A stretch of 64,000 nucleotides of DNA. It comes from an uncultured Clostridia bacterium. Lineage in GTDB: Bacteria > Bacillota > Clostridia > DUPQ01. Shown piece by piece: positions 9,664 through 19,715 of this stretch. The notes beneath the pieces were generated by a model, which saw only the letters and a list, made by a program, of their open reading frames with translations, did no database searches and was not told the DNA's origin. Numbering within the stretch: position 1 is the first letter of the stretch; every line of letters starts with the position of its first letter. Both the position numbers and the translations under genes were made by a program. Where the stretch lies: assembly GCA_963766335.1 (NCBI GenBank), contig CAVXZA010000002.1:706254-770253 (forward strand). The letters are read 5' to 3'.

Positions 9664-10241
9664 AAACAATAATTTTTGTAATCATGGGAACCATCCTCGT
9701 AGAAAACTTCGTACTACAGAAATTCCTGGGAATCTGTCCATTCCTTGGGGTATCGAAGAAAATGAATTCAGCTGTTGGGATGAGCGGAGCCGTCGTCTTC
9801 GTTATGACGCTGGCATCAGCCGCAACATGGGCTGTTAATGAGTATATATTATTGCCAAACGAACTGGAATTTCTTCGCACAATATCATTTATATTGGTTG
9901 TAGCCGCGTTAGTGCAGTTTGTTGAGATAATTTTAAAGAGATTTATCAAGCCGTTGTATAAATCGCTGGGCATATACCTGCCGCTGATAACCACCAACTG
10001 TGCGGTTCTCGGCGTAGCGCTCCTTAATATACAGAGGTCGTACGGATTCGGAATGTCAGTTCTCTACGGATTTGCTGCGGGCCTTAGTTTTACCGTGGCA
10101 TTGATATTATTCTCAGGAATTAGAGAAAGGCTCGAAACAGCCGATGTACCCGAGGCATTCAAGGGACTGCCCATAGCATTGATTTCGGCGGCGTTCCTGT
10201 CGCTGGCTTTCATGGGTTTCCAGGGATTATTTACATTTTAA
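9660..10241 (+). CDS. rnfA: Rnf complex subunit A
   Basis: ENFVLQKFLGICPFLGVSKK motif typical of RnfA/NqrE; operon position. Confidence 0.85.
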   Translation: MKTIIFVIMGTILVENFVLQKFLGICPFLGVSKKMNSAVGMSGAVVFVMTLASAATWAVNEYILLPNELEFLRTISFILVVAALVQFVEIILKRFIKPLYKSLGIYLPLITTNCAVLGVALLNIQRSYGFGMSVLYGFAAGLSFTVALILFSGIRERLETADVPEAFKGLPIALISAAFLSLAFMGFQGLFTF

Positions 10242-10259
10242 CGGACTGGTAGGAGAGAT

Positions 10260-11102
10260 ATGAATTTAAGCTTAGTAATAGCTGTAGCATCGGTGGCGGG
10301 CCTTGGATTGGTTTTCGGAATCATCCTGGCAGTTGCATCGAAGCTTTTTGCAGTAAAGAAAGAGCCATTGGTTGAAGAAGTACGTACAGCGCTTCCAGGG
10401 GCTAATTGCGGTGCTTGTGGATATCCCGGTTGTGATCAATACGCGGAAGCAGTTGCTGCAGATGAATGTGCGATAACCTTGTGTACAGTAGGCGGGGAAA
10501 TCTGCGTCAGGAATCTAGAAAGAATAACCGGACGGACAGCCGAAGCAGGTACCCGGATGGTAGCACGCGTAAACTGCGGAGGAACTCTCAACAATAGAAA
10601 AAAGAGTTACGAATACACCGGGTTGGAAACATGCCTTGATATGGCCCAGATATACAGCGGCGACAATGCCTGTGCATACGGATGCCTGGGTGCGGGTGAC
10701 TGTGAAAAAGCATGCCCGTTCGATGCCATCAGGATGGTTGAAGGAGTGGCTTTCATATTGGAAGACAAATGTAAAAGCTGTGAAATCTGTGTCGGTGTTT
10801 GTCCTAAGAATATTATTGAAATGGTACCGGAAAATTCGGCTGTCACAATAGCATGTTCAAACACTGATAAGGGCGCGGTTGCAATGAAAGGCTGTGCAGT
10901 TGCATGTATAGGATGCAGAAAGTGCGTCAAAGAGTGTCCTGTTGATGCAATAGAAGTTACCGACTTCCTTGCAAAAATTGATTATGAAAAATGTATTAAT
11001 TGTGGCAAATGTATAAATGTATGCCCAACAAAGGCGATTCTGCGGTATAACAAAAAGAAAAAGAAAATTGTAAAAAAACCAAAAACAACCGAAGAAGCCT
11101 AA
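10260..11102 (+). CDS. rnfB: Rnf complex subunit B (polyferredoxin)
   Basis: N-terminal TM plus Cys cluster CGACGYPGCDQY followed by several CxxCxxCxxxCP ferredoxin motifs; last gene of operon. Confidence 0.85.
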   Translation: MNLSLVIAVASVAGLGLVFGIILAVASKLFAVKKEPLVEEVRTALPGANCGACGYPGCDQYAEAVAADECAITLCTVGGEICVRNLERITGRTAEAGTRMVARVNCGGTLNNRKKSYEYTGLETCLDMAQIYSGDNACAYGCLGAGDCEKACPFDAIRMVEGVAFILEDKCKSCEICVGVCPKNIIEMVPENSAVTIACSNTDKGAVAMKGCAVACIGCRKCVKECPVDAIEVTDFLAKIDYEKCINCGKCINVCPTKAILRYNKKKKKIVKKPKTTEEA

Positions 11103-11116
11103 CGGCTTCTTTTTTT
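11092..11116 (+). terminator. Rho-independent terminator of the rnf operon (AAGAAGCC-taac-GGCTTCTT + T7)
   Basis: hairpin plus 7-T run immediately after rnfB stop. Confidence 0.8.
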
Positions 11117-11150
11117 GCACATTTGTCCCTAGGGACAAATGTGCAAAAAA
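11111..11150. repeat. REP-like palindromic repeat, copy A. It is a perfect 40-bp palindrome, TTTTTTGCACATTTGTCCCTAGGGACAAATGTGCAAAAAA.
   Basis: sequence equals its own reverse complement; core shared with 11 other copies in window. Confidence 0.9.
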
Positions 11151-11261
11151 GCAGGAATTATCTCTAGAGACAATTTTCGTTTTTGAAAAATGATTTGTAA
11201 ACAAATTGTTTAGGTTCGCATGTAATATACTTTTAGAATTTAAAAAGAGTATAATTTTATT

Positions 11262-12860
11262 ATGAAAAAAGTTATTTTAGTTTTGATGATCTTATTAATT
11301 TGTCTATCCGCTTGTAATGAAACTTCTATGCGAGGAACTTCTGAAAAACCGGATATTGATGTTAGTGATGCTCCTAGAATAACAAACTCAAATGGTATGA
11401 TTGAAGAAACATCGACACCTTTGGAAGAAACAGAACAATTACCTGATATTTTTGAACCTGTTAATCTGCTTTCGATTTTCCAACCGGCATACTCAAAAGA
11501 TGAGAAATATTTTAATTTGATGAGCTGGCAGGAATATATTGCCGACAAATTCGATATAGAAATAAATATATTTTATCAATCAAAAGAGGTTAGCGGAGTA
11601 CAGGCAGTTTACTATTATAATTATCCTATTGGATATCCATTCAGTAAAGTTAATCAGGTTTTTGATTATACCAGTTCGGATATGGCTTATGATCTTTCTC
11701 CGTATTATGAAAAATATGGCTGGAATGATTTTATTGATCCTCTGTATATTGAAGATTTAAAAGTTGACGGCCGTATATATGCTGTACCTACCGAGGCAAA
11801 TAAGTATATTATTCCCCGCTATTATAATGCTGAATATCTTGCTCAACTCGGAATGGAAGTGCCTAAAGATATAAATAGTTTCTATAATTATTTGATTGAA
11901 GCAAAAAAAATTATGAAGGGAGAAAATATACTGCTGCCGATGTTAATTCCTCAGCACCAGATGTTCCCATGTACCTCAGATATTTTTCGAGCTTTCGGAG
12001 CTTATGTTAACAGTGAGTATAACTCTGCATTATCATTCAATCCAAACACACAAAGCTTTGAAGATGCCATTTTTTCAGATGACATAGAATCAGCACTTGA
12101 TTTTTTTAAGACTTTACAGACAGATAATATTATAGGCTTTTTCGGTAATGCATATTGTGAGAGTGATGATTTTAACAGAAATCAATTCTTTGGGGATAGA
12201 TTAAAAATTAGTCCGAATTTTGCAAGTGAGTATAATTTTATAATTGATGAAAATACTAAGTGGTTTAGAAAATTCCTAAGGGCTACCCCGAGATATGAGG
12301 CAGTAAGCGGATATTACCTTGAACACACTAATAATAAAAATGTTTGCGAGGTTCGAAGTGATATGGGTTTTTATGTATTTCCTACAAATATTGAGAATAT
12401 TAATGGAACAATAGATTTATTTAATTCAGTAATGACCGATAAAACTTATTACCCGGATCTTTTGTACGGGTTAGAAAATACAGATTATGAGATTATAGGC
12501 AATGAAATATATCCTAAAAGACCCAGGGACGGTACGTTTACAGGAATTCGGATGATAAGCGCAGTTGTAGATAAAAACAACTATTATTCTGCAAATAATA
12601 TAGATATTGTCGGCGACATTGCTTCCAGTCTGATGTATGAATCTAATATTTTTACCCAGACATCAAGATACAGAGATATTGTTGGTGGATCAACTATAAG
12701 TTCTAGTTCCTATTTTGATAATCTTTTTTTGGGGTGTGTTTCTTCTGAAGAAGCAGTAAAAGAATATAGAAAATGGTTTATGGAATCAGGAATGTATCAA
12801 ACTCTGGATAAGCTGAATGAAAGAATAAATGCAACAACCGCCTATGAATACACTCCCTAA
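11262..12860 (+). CDS. Lipoprotein, extracellular solute-binding protein family 1 (LipO/YtcQ-like). It is an orphan; no ABC permease genes are adjacent.
   Basis: signal peptide with lipobox LSAC; DGRIYAVP block typical of family-1 sugar SBPs; C-terminal region of DUF3502 type; bracketed by REP copies. Confidence 0.55.
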   Translation: MKKVILVLMILLICLSACNETSMRGTSEKPDIDVSDAPRITNSNGMIEETSTPLEETEQLPDIFEPVNLLSIFQPAYSKDEKYFNLMSWQEYIADKFDIEINIFYQSKEVSGVQAVYYYNYPIGYPFSKVNQVFDYTSSDMAYDLSPYYEKYGWNDFIDPLYIEDLKVDGRIYAVPTEANKYIIPRYYNAEYLAQLGMEVPKDINSFYNYLIEAKKIMKGENILLPMLIPQHQMFPCTSDIFRAFGAYVNSEYNSALSFNPNTQSFEDAIFSDDIESALDFFKTLQTDNIIGFFGNAYCESDDFNRNQFFGDRLKISPNFASEYNFIIDENTKWFRKFLRATPRYEAVSGYYLEHTNNKNVCEVRSDMGFYVFPTNIENINGTIDLFNSVMTDKTYYPDLLYGLENTDYEIIGNEIYPKRPRDGTFTGIRMISAVVDKNNYYSANNIDIVGDIASSLMYESNIFTQTSRYRDIVGGSTISSSSYFDNLFLGCVSSEEAVKEYRKWFMESGMYQTLDKLNERINATTAYEYTP

Positions 12861-12888
12861 TTATTAAAAATTTATTTCTTTTATAATC

Positions 12889-12960
12889 TTTTGCACATTT
12901 GTCCCTAGGGACAAACGTGCACTTATTTAACATTTGTCCCTAGGGATAAATGTTAAATAT
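12889..12960. repeat. REP-like palindromic repeats, doublet B. B1 is GCACATTTGTCCCTAGGGACAAACGTGC and B2 is AACATTTGTCCCTAGGGATAAATGTT.
   Basis: two imperfect palindromes ~36 bp apart sharing the GTCCCTAGGGA core. Confidence 0.85.
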
Positions 12961-13045
12961 GGGCAATGGAAAGCATGGTGGTGTATAATAGTTTTTGACG
13001 ATATATACCACCTTTTTATACATTTTCAGGTAATGGAGGCTCGAT

Positions 13046-13558
13046 TTGAAAGTTATTGATAAAAATATGAAACTATTCGGTAAGGTAAGCCTTCTGGACA
13101 TACTGATTGTAATGGTTGTCATTGCTGCGATTATCGCTGCAACCGTATATTTCAGTAGCCACGGCACAGGGTTCGGGGGGGTTGAAACCCAGCCCATAAC
13201 CTACGAAGTCATGATAAAAAAAGTGGATTATGACTTTGTTGACGATATAGCGGCAGGTCAGCAGGTAAACGACAGGGTCAAGGGTTACAACAGGGGTATT
13301 GTGGAAAGCGTTGAGATTGTTCAGCATTCGGATAAAGCCACAGACCTGACTACCGGAGCACAGGCCTTGAAAGAATATCCTGGGCTGTATGATGCAATTG
13401 TCCGGATTAATGTTGACGCAGAAGTCACTGACCGTTATATAAACCTTTCTGGAAATAGAATAGACATCGGAAAGGAAGCTTATCTTCAAATTGGTGCCAA
13501 CGTTTATAAGAGCTGGGTTTCTGCGATTGAAGTACTTGATGAAGGAGGAAGCCAATGA
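13046..13558 (+). CDS. Small membrane-anchored protein (DUF4330-like). It is the first of a tandem paralogous pair.
   Basis: TTG start 6 nt after GGAGG; single N-terminal TM then ~130-aa soluble domain; weak similarity to next ORF in architecture. Confidence 0.5.
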   Translation: MKVIDKNMKLFGKVSLLDILIVMVVIAAIIAATVYFSSHGTGFGGVETQPITYEVMIKKVDYDFVDDIAAGQQVNDRVKGYNRGIVESVEIVQHSDKATDLTTGAQALKEYPGLYDAIVRINVDAEVTDRYINLSGNRIDIGKEAYLQIGANVYKSWVSAIEVLDEGGSQ

Positions 13559-14049
13559 AATTTATTAATGAAAAAGGCAGGCTTTTCGGCATCCTCAACA
13601 TTTTTGATTTATTTATAATCCTCCTGATAATCTCTCTTCTGGCAGGGGTATATTTTGTTTTCATCCGTGAAGATGACAGTGTAACCAAAGAGAACGTAAA
13701 AGTAGTTTACGAACTACAGCTGGAAGAATCATGGAAAGAACTGTATATTGATGCATTCTCGCCTGGAGAGAAGGTGTATTTCAAAGAAAGCGACATATAT
13801 ATAGGAACTATAAAAGAAATAAAAGCTGAGGAAGCCTGGGAATATGAGTCAGATTTAAACGGTGACTGGGTACTGGCTAAATCTAAAGGCTTCTACTTCA
13901 TAACTCTGGTCATTGAAGCGGATGCCGTCAAATCCGGAGAAGGCTATATAGTCGAAAACAACTGGAATGCTTTCAATGGCACAACGATTGAATTTTCAAC
14001 CAGGCGCCACTCAACTTTGGGTCAGGTTAAATCCCTGGAGGAAGAATGA
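13555..14049 (+). CDS. Small membrane-anchored protein (DUF4330-like). It is the second paralogue.
   Basis: same architecture (MKFINEKGRLFGILNIFDLFIIL TM then soluble domain); start overlaps upstream stop. Confidence 0.5.
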   Translation: MKFINEKGRLFGILNIFDLFIILLIISLLAGVYFVFIREDDSVTKENVKVVYELQLEESWKELYIDAFSPGEKVYFKESDIYIGTIKEIKAEEAWEYESDLNGDWVLAKSKGFYFITLVIEADAVKSGEGYIVENNWNAFNGTTIEFSTRRHSTLGQVKSLEEE

Positions 14050-16289
14050 AAAAAAGCATCCTCATAGCCACCATGGCCCTTGGAATAGGAGGGGCTGAAA
14101 CCCATATCGTCGAATTATCAAGGAAACTCGCTCAATTCGGGCACCGGGTTACAGTGGTTTCCAACGGCGGAATATATGTAGATGAGTTGAAAAAAGCAGG
14201 AGTCAGGCACATTAAAGTACCTCTTCACACTAAGAATCCGGCAAGTCTGCTAAAATCATACGCACAACTCAAGAAAATCATAGTAAGGGAAAACATCGAT
14301 ATTGTTCACGCACATGCAAGGATACCGGCATTCCTGTGTAATTTCGTGTGTAAAAAATATAATGTGCCTTTTGTAACCACAGTGCATTATGAATTCCGCA
14401 CATCACTTTTATTTAAAACATTCACCCGTTGGGGAAGCTACACACTTTCCGTCAGCAGGGATGTTAACAAGTATCTGATCGATAACTATAAATATGACGA
14501 GGACAGGGCTGGGCTGACCGTCAATGGAATTAACAGCGACGTCTTTTATCCCCGAAAAAAAGATCCCGGAATTATGAAAGAATTCGGTTTTTCAGAGGAT
14601 GACAATGTCATCACAACAATCTGCAGGATTGATAAGGGAAGCTCAAAGACCGCATTCATGCTGATAGATATTGCCGAAACACTTAATCAAGAAATAAATA
14701 ATCTTAGGATTATTATTGTTGGAGGCGGCAACCTGTTTGACCGGCTTACGGATAGGGTTGAAGCGGTCAATAAAAAAGCAGGGTATAAGCTTGTGACAAT
14801 AACAGGGCCAAGAAGAGACATAAGCGACATACTATCTGTTACAGATGTTTTCACGGGTATCAGCAGGGCTGCGCTAGAAGCAATGGCTATGGAAAAACCG
14901 GTTGTGCTCTGCGGTGATTTCGGATACCTTGGCATAATGGATGAAGAAAGCCGCGGAATGGCAATCGAAACCAACATGACCTGCAGGGAAATGGCTCCGG
15001 TATTTAATGAAAAACTTCAAACCGACCTTATTCTACTCTTTAGGGATAAGGCCGTAAGGGAAAGAAATGCCAGGTTAAACCTGAATACAGTCAGGGATTT
15101 TTATACAGTTGAAAAAATGGCTAACGACGCCGTTAATATGTATACCAAAGCTTTTTCTGAAAAAGCAACACCACCTAAATACTACCATGCGGTGCTTTCC
15201 GGATATTATGGTTTTGACAACAGCGGAGATGAAGCAATGCTGGCGTCAATTCTTAGGGAACTTAAAGAAAAGAAAAGCGACATACGGATTATGGTGCTTT
15301 CGAAAAAGCCGGCTGAAACCTCAAATAGATACGGGGTGGATTCAATGGCAAGGGCTAACCCATTATCGCTTTTAAGAATTTTCAACAGGACAGGAATGCT
15401 CATAAGCGGCGGCGGAAACCTGATTCAGGACCTGACCAGTTTCCAGTCGATGGTGTATTACACCAGCCTAATGAGATATGCTAAATTCAGGGGTTTGAAA
15501 GTCATGCTTTATGCAAATGGAATCGGTCCGTTGATTAGGTTCCGTTCAGTGAAAATAGCAGGCAGAGTGCTGGATAAAACAGATGTTATAACAGTGCGCG
15601 AACCCAATTCATATGATTTGCTCTCGAAAATAGGTGTTCGAAAACCAAGAATTTATGTAACTGCAGATCCTGTTATTAGTTTTAAAAAGCCGGAAGCCGG
15701 AAAAGTTGATGAAATTTTACAAATGCATTCCATCCCGGCTGACCGAACAACGGTAGTTTTTTCGGTACGACCATGGAAAGGTCTTGAAGGAACATTTGAA
15801 CCGATTTTTGCACACATAGCCGACTATCTATCTGAAAAATACAACATGCTTCCGGTTTTTATACCTTTGAATACAAAAAAAGACACCAAGATTTCCGGAG
15901 ATATCATCGGTTTGATGAAAAACCCTGCCTTGTTGGTTGAAAATGAGAACAGAGCGCGGAATCTTGTAGGAATAATCTCAAATGCGGACCTGCTGATTGG
16001 GATGCGGCTGCATTCACTAATTTATGCATCAATAACGGACACTCCTGTAATAGGGATAGTATATGATCCTAAAGTGCGGTATTTCATAGACATGATGGAA
16101 CAAGAAGACGGCGGCTTGATAGAAGACCTTGATTTTGACAGAATAACGAAACTGATTGATAAAATCATGGCCGGCAGGGAGTCATATATTAAAAAACTCA
16201 AAGCTAATATGGTAAGACTAAGAAAGTTATCAGCCAAAAATGCACAACTGGCGATTGATTTGATGTATGGGGAGACTGCAGATGAATAA
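14046..16289 (+). CDS. Bifunctional glycosyltransferase family 4 / polysaccharide pyruvyl transferase (CsaB-like) fusion protein
   Basis: N-terminal ~370 aa GT4 (GGAETHIVEL...Glycos_transf_1 EAMAMEKPVV); C-terminal ~370 aa begins YHAVLSGYYGFDNSGDEAML, the signature start of CsaB/PS_pyruv_trans. Confidence 0.75.
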   Translation: MKKSILIATMALGIGGAETHIVELSRKLAQFGHRVTVVSNGGIYVDELKKAGVRHIKVPLHTKNPASLLKSYAQLKKIIVRENIDIVHAHARIPAFLCNFVCKKYNVPFVTTVHYEFRTSLLFKTFTRWGSYTLSVSRDVNKYLIDNYKYDEDRAGLTVNGINSDVFYPRKKDPGIMKEFGFSEDDNVITTICRIDKGSSKTAFMLIDIAETLNQEINNLRIIIVGGGNLFDRLTDRVEAVNKKAGYKLVTITGPRRDISDILSVTDVFTGISRAALEAMAMEKPVVLCGDFGYLGIMDEESRGMAIETNMTCREMAPVFNEKLQTDLILLFRDKAVRERNARLNLNTVRDFYTVEKMANDAVNMYTKAFSEKATPPKYYHAVLSGYYGFDNSGDEAMLASILRELKEKKSDIRIMVLSKKPAETSNRYGVDSMARANPLSLLRIFNRTGMLISGGGNLIQDLTSFQSMVYYTSLMRYAKFRGLKVMLYANGIGPLIRFRSVKIAGRVLDKTDVITVREPNSYDLLSKIGVRKPRIYVTADPVISFKKPEAGKVDEILQMHSIPADRTTVVFSVRPWKGLEGTFEPIFAHIADYLSEKYNMLPVFIPLNTKKDTKISGDIIGLMKNPALLVENENRARNLVGIISNADLLIGMRLHSLIYASITDTPVIGIVYDPKVRYFIDMMEQEDGGLIEDLDFDRITKLIDKIMAGRESYIKKLKANMVRLRKLSAKNAQLAIDLMYGETADE

Positions 16290-17841
16290 AAAGGCAGTAA
16301 AAACAATCAGCCTTATAATGGTAATCATATTATTCAGCAAACTCCTGGGACTTGTAAGGGATATATTTCTGACAGGTTATTATGGGCAGGGAATGACACT
16401 GGACGCATTTACAACCGCATCGGATATACCGCTAAAGTTCTTTGACCTGGCTTTTGGAGCTGCGGTTACCTCCACATTCATTCCGGTATTCAATACATAT
16501 TTAAAGAATGATGACAAGGAAAACGGATTCCTGTTTGCCTCCCGCTTCATAAATATTATTTTTATATTGATTTCAGTAGTTGCTATTCTCGGGATGATCT
16601 TCTCGCAGCAGCTGATAAGCCTCTTTTTACCTGGAAGCAGCCCGGAAGTACAGCTGCTTGCTGTGAAATTATTAAGGATCATGTTCCCTGCGGCGGTTAT
16701 GGCGGGCCTGGCATTTTCAATGGTAAGCATACTACAGTCCATGGGGCAGTTTACGGTCCCGGCGATGATAAGCTTGTTTCCCAATGTATTGATGATTGTA
16801 TACATATTGCTTTTTAATAAGAGCTTTGGCGTAGAAGGCCTTGCGGTTGCTTTCCTTTTGGCTTGGTTACTCCAAGTGCTTGTACAGATACCTTTTATCA
16901 GAAAAAAGAATTTCATGTACACGCCCTCGTTAAAATTCAACGACCCTGGTATTAAGAAGGTTTCAAAGATGGCTCTTCCCATATTGATAAGTTCGTGGGT
17001 GGCCCCGGTTTCGCTTTTTATACTGGGAGCGCTTGCCTCATATATGGGGGAAGGATCTGTAACTTCAGTCCGGCTATCCAACAGACTTTACCTCATACTC
17101 GCCGGGATTTTCGTTTTTGCTATGATGAATTACTTGTTCCCGCTGATGTCCCGTCAGGCGGGAGACGCAGATCCGGGAGAGTTTAACAATACTTACAGAA
17201 GGGCGTTTGAAAGCCTGTGTTTCTTCATACTTCCACTTTCGGTGGGTGCATTTTTACTTAGTCCGAACCTGATAGCACTGCTATATGAACGAGGTGAATT
17301 TACCTCCGAAGCAACCGGGATGATGGCAGCGGCGTTCGCAGGATTCTGTCCGGCAGTATTCGGATATTCCTTATATGAAATTACATCAAAGGCATATTAT
17401 GCGCGTAAAAAAGTTGCCGCACCTACAATAATGTCGCTTGTTGCGCTGGCAATAACATTCGTATTGGCATATATCGTGGTTTTCCGAACAAATCTTAGCA
17501 TCGGCTATGTAAGCCTTGCATTTTCAATCGGGATAACCCTTTCTGCGGTGATTCTTGCCGTTATGTTCAGCAGGCGGATGGGAGGAATCCTAAAAGGAAG
17601 AAGCAACGCAGAACTCCTAAGAGGTATTATAGGTTCAGTTTTGATGGGAGCTGTTGTATTTGCGTTTAGAAAATTCATTTTAGATAATTCCACCGGGGGA
17701 TTCTGGACATTGCTGCTGTTAACAGGTGCAGCGGCAGCAATCGGAATAGTTGTTTACATGGCCGTCATGGCGCTTTTGAAATCGCCGACTTTCGGATACT
17801 ATTATAAATGGGCGAAACAGAAATTCGCAGGGGTAAAATAA
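16282..17841 (+). CDS. MurJ/MviN family lipid-linked oligosaccharide flippase (CsaA/Wzx-like role likely)
   Basis: 14-TM protein; N-terminal LGLVRDIFLTGYYGQGMTLDAFTTASDIP matches MurJ family; start ATG overlaps upstream stop, GGGGAG SD. Confidence 0.75.
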   Translation: MNKKAVKTISLIMVIILFSKLLGLVRDIFLTGYYGQGMTLDAFTTASDIPLKFFDLAFGAAVTSTFIPVFNTYLKNDDKENGFLFASRFINIIFILISVVAILGMIFSQQLISLFLPGSSPEVQLLAVKLLRIMFPAAVMAGLAFSMVSILQSMGQFTVPAMISLFPNVLMIVYILLFNKSFGVEGLAVAFLLAWLLQVLVQIPFIRKKNFMYTPSLKFNDPGIKKVSKMALPILISSWVAPVSLFILGALASYMGEGSVTSVRLSNRLYLILAGIFVFAMMNYLFPLMSRQAGDADPGEFNNTYRRAFESLCFFILPLSVGAFLLSPNLIALLYERGEFTSEATGMMAAAFAGFCPAVFGYSLYEITSKAYYARKKVAAPTIMSLVALAITFVLAYIVVFRTNLSIGYVSLAFSIGITLSAVILAVMFSRRMGGILKGRSNAELLRGIIGSVLMGAVVFAFRKFILDNSTGGFWTLLLLTGAAAAIGIVVYMAVMALLKSPTFGYYYKWAKQKFAGVK

Positions 17842-19715
17842 TGGACAGCGTTATAGGTTCTGCACTTTCAAAACTTTGGAACGGCATATTGATAATAATA
17901 TGCGACAGTCTCTCATACAAAGTTTTTTCTTCTGTTTCTTCGTTTTTAAAAAGGATTGTACGAAGTAGTATGATCTTTGGTTATTTTATGAAGCCTTCTG
18001 CCGTGGGTTCTGTTCCTAAAAGTCGTTTTTCAGAAATATTTTCAGGCTGGACAAAAGGAATCGGCAAAGGTTTTACAGCGACAGGGGGCTTTATCGGGCG
18101 ACTTGTTAAATCCAGCCGCATCCTTAGGCTTATATTTGATTTCTATGCAAATATACTTTTTCAATCTTTAAGAACATTTGGGATAATGATAAGTGTTTCC
18201 GCTGTATCATATATTGCCTTGACGGGAATGTTCAGTAAGATCGGGCCAAGGAGTATAATTGCATCAGTCGTTCTGCTGGCTACGGGTGGAATAATGGCGT
18301 TATCTGAAGCGAGTTTATATGATGTTATGGAAAACAGCCGGGTTGTTAAGATAATCTGCGGTAAAACCGGCGGATTGCATAAACTCAGCCCTGTAAACAC
18401 AAAAAAGAAACAGGCGCATTACATAATGGCGATTGTAATTGGATTGATTATTTCAACTCTTCCGGTTTTCCTCCCAACCCTTTATGCGGTTGCCGGTGTT
18501 GCGGCTGTTTTTGCTGTTCCCATTATAATAATATGGCCCATAGTGGGGCTGGCGGGATTATCACTGTCGATAGCATTCATACCTACCATGCTGGCCGCAG
18601 GACTAATAGTCTTAATATGGATTGGCATCATATTGAATGCGTCTGTGGGAAAACTGAAGTTAAACGGTGCATTCTTAAAGGGCAAAGTTGCCTTGGTTTA
18701 TATTATTATAACAATTGCAGGGGGCATACTGTCTTTTGCCATAGCTGACAGTATTCCTATTGCTTTGATATACACATTGTTTATATCAGTTGTATTTTTA
18801 TTCATTATTCTTGTAAAAAACACACTTGAATTAAAAACCATATTGCTGGCAGCTGCAATCGCTGCCCTGGTAACAGCGATAATTGGTATATATCAGTATC
18901 TTACAGGGAATATTGAAGTTGGCTGGATTGATTCAGAGATGTTTGAAGGAATGGTAAGGATATACTCCACCTTTGAAAATCCAAATGTATATGGCGAATA
19001 CCTTTTGTTTATGATTCCGCTGAGTCTTGTGCTGTTTTTCAGTACAAAAAGATGGGTCTATAAATTGCTTTGGGTTGGAGCGGGTCTCTTAATGGTCGCA
19101 GCGATGATGCTTACCATGTCCAGGGGTTGCTGGATAGGATTAGCCGCGGGGGTCTTTGTATATTTCCTGATTGCAGACAGGCGGTTCCTTTGGTTATTTT
19201 TTGCGGCTGTTGTCATACTGCCGTTTGTCTTGCCGCAATCAATAATGGTGCGCTTGTTAAGCGTAGGCAATCTGGAGGATTCTTCCTCTCTTTATAGGCT
19301 GTACATATGGCTCGGAACATTTTCAATGTTGAGGGACTATTGGCTTACCGGGGTGGGGCTTGGCACAAAGGCCTTCAGCGGCGTGTATTCTGCATATGCA
19401 TATAATGGAATAATCGCCCCGCATCCTCACAACCTTTATCTTAATATAATCAGTGAAACCGGGATAGCCGGACTGCTGGGATTTGTCTGGGTCGCGATAA
19501 AAGGCCTTAAGAACAGTATTTCGACAGCTTTTTCAGGCGGGGGATTCAAGCGGCATATGGGTGCTGGCCTTACAGCTGCATTCACAGGGTTCTTTGTACA
19601 AGGGATGTTTGATAATGTATTCTATAACTATAGGATGGTTCTCATATTCTGGATGTTTATTGCGTTTAGCTTTGCACTTGTGCAGATAAAGAAAAAGGCG
19701 GTTGCTGATGATTAA
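17841..19715 (+). CDS. Polytopic membrane protein with O-antigen ligase / Wzy_C-type polymerase domain
   Basis: FENPNVYGEYLLFMIPLSL ... LTMSRGCWIGL motifs of O-antigen ligase family; TAATG overlap with the upstream flippase gene. Confidence 0.65.
   Translation: MDSVIGSALSKLWNGILIIICDSLSYKVFSSVSSFLKRIVRSSMIFGYFMKPSAVGSVPKSRFSEIFSGWTKGIGKGFTATGGFIGRLVKSSRILRLIFDFYANILFQSLRTFGIMISVSAVSYIALTGMFSKIGPRSIIASVVLLATGGIMALSEASLYDVMENSRVVKIICGKTGGLHKLSPVNTKKKQAHYIMAIVIGLIISTLPVFLPTLYAVAGVAAVFAVPIIIIWPIVGLAGLSLSIAFIPTMLAAGLIVLIWIGIILNASVGKLKLNGAFLKGKVALVYIIITIAGGILSFAIADSIPIALIYTLFISVVFLFIILVKNTLELKTILLAAAIAALVTAIIGIYQYLTGNIEVGWIDSEMFEGMVRIYSTFENPNVYGEYLLFMIPLSLVLFFSTKRWVYKLLWVGAGLLMVAAMMLTMSRGCWIGLAAGVFVYFLIADRRFLWLFFAAVVILPFVLPQSIMVRLLSVGNLEDSSSLYRLYIWLGTFSMLRDYWLTGVGLGTKAFSGVYSAYAYNGIIAPHPHNLYLNIISETGIAGLLGFVWVAIKGLKNSISTAFSGGGFKRHMGAGLTAAFTGFFVQGMFDNVFYNYRMVLIFWMFIAFSFALVQIKKKAVADD

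Noticed and set aside
9602-9838. 78-aa ORF overlapping rnfE/rnfA junction
   Set aside because: It lies in an alternate frame within the tightly coupled rnfE-rnfA overlap. It has no support.
6227-10930. Minus-strand ORFs (e.g. 6227-6634, 7725-8258, 8937-9599, 9656-9997) overlapping the rnf operon
   Set aside because: They lie fully antisense to conserved rnfC/D/G/E/A/B coding sequence with operon-typical overlapping start/stop codons. They are low-complexity translations with no motifs. They are rejected as artefacts.
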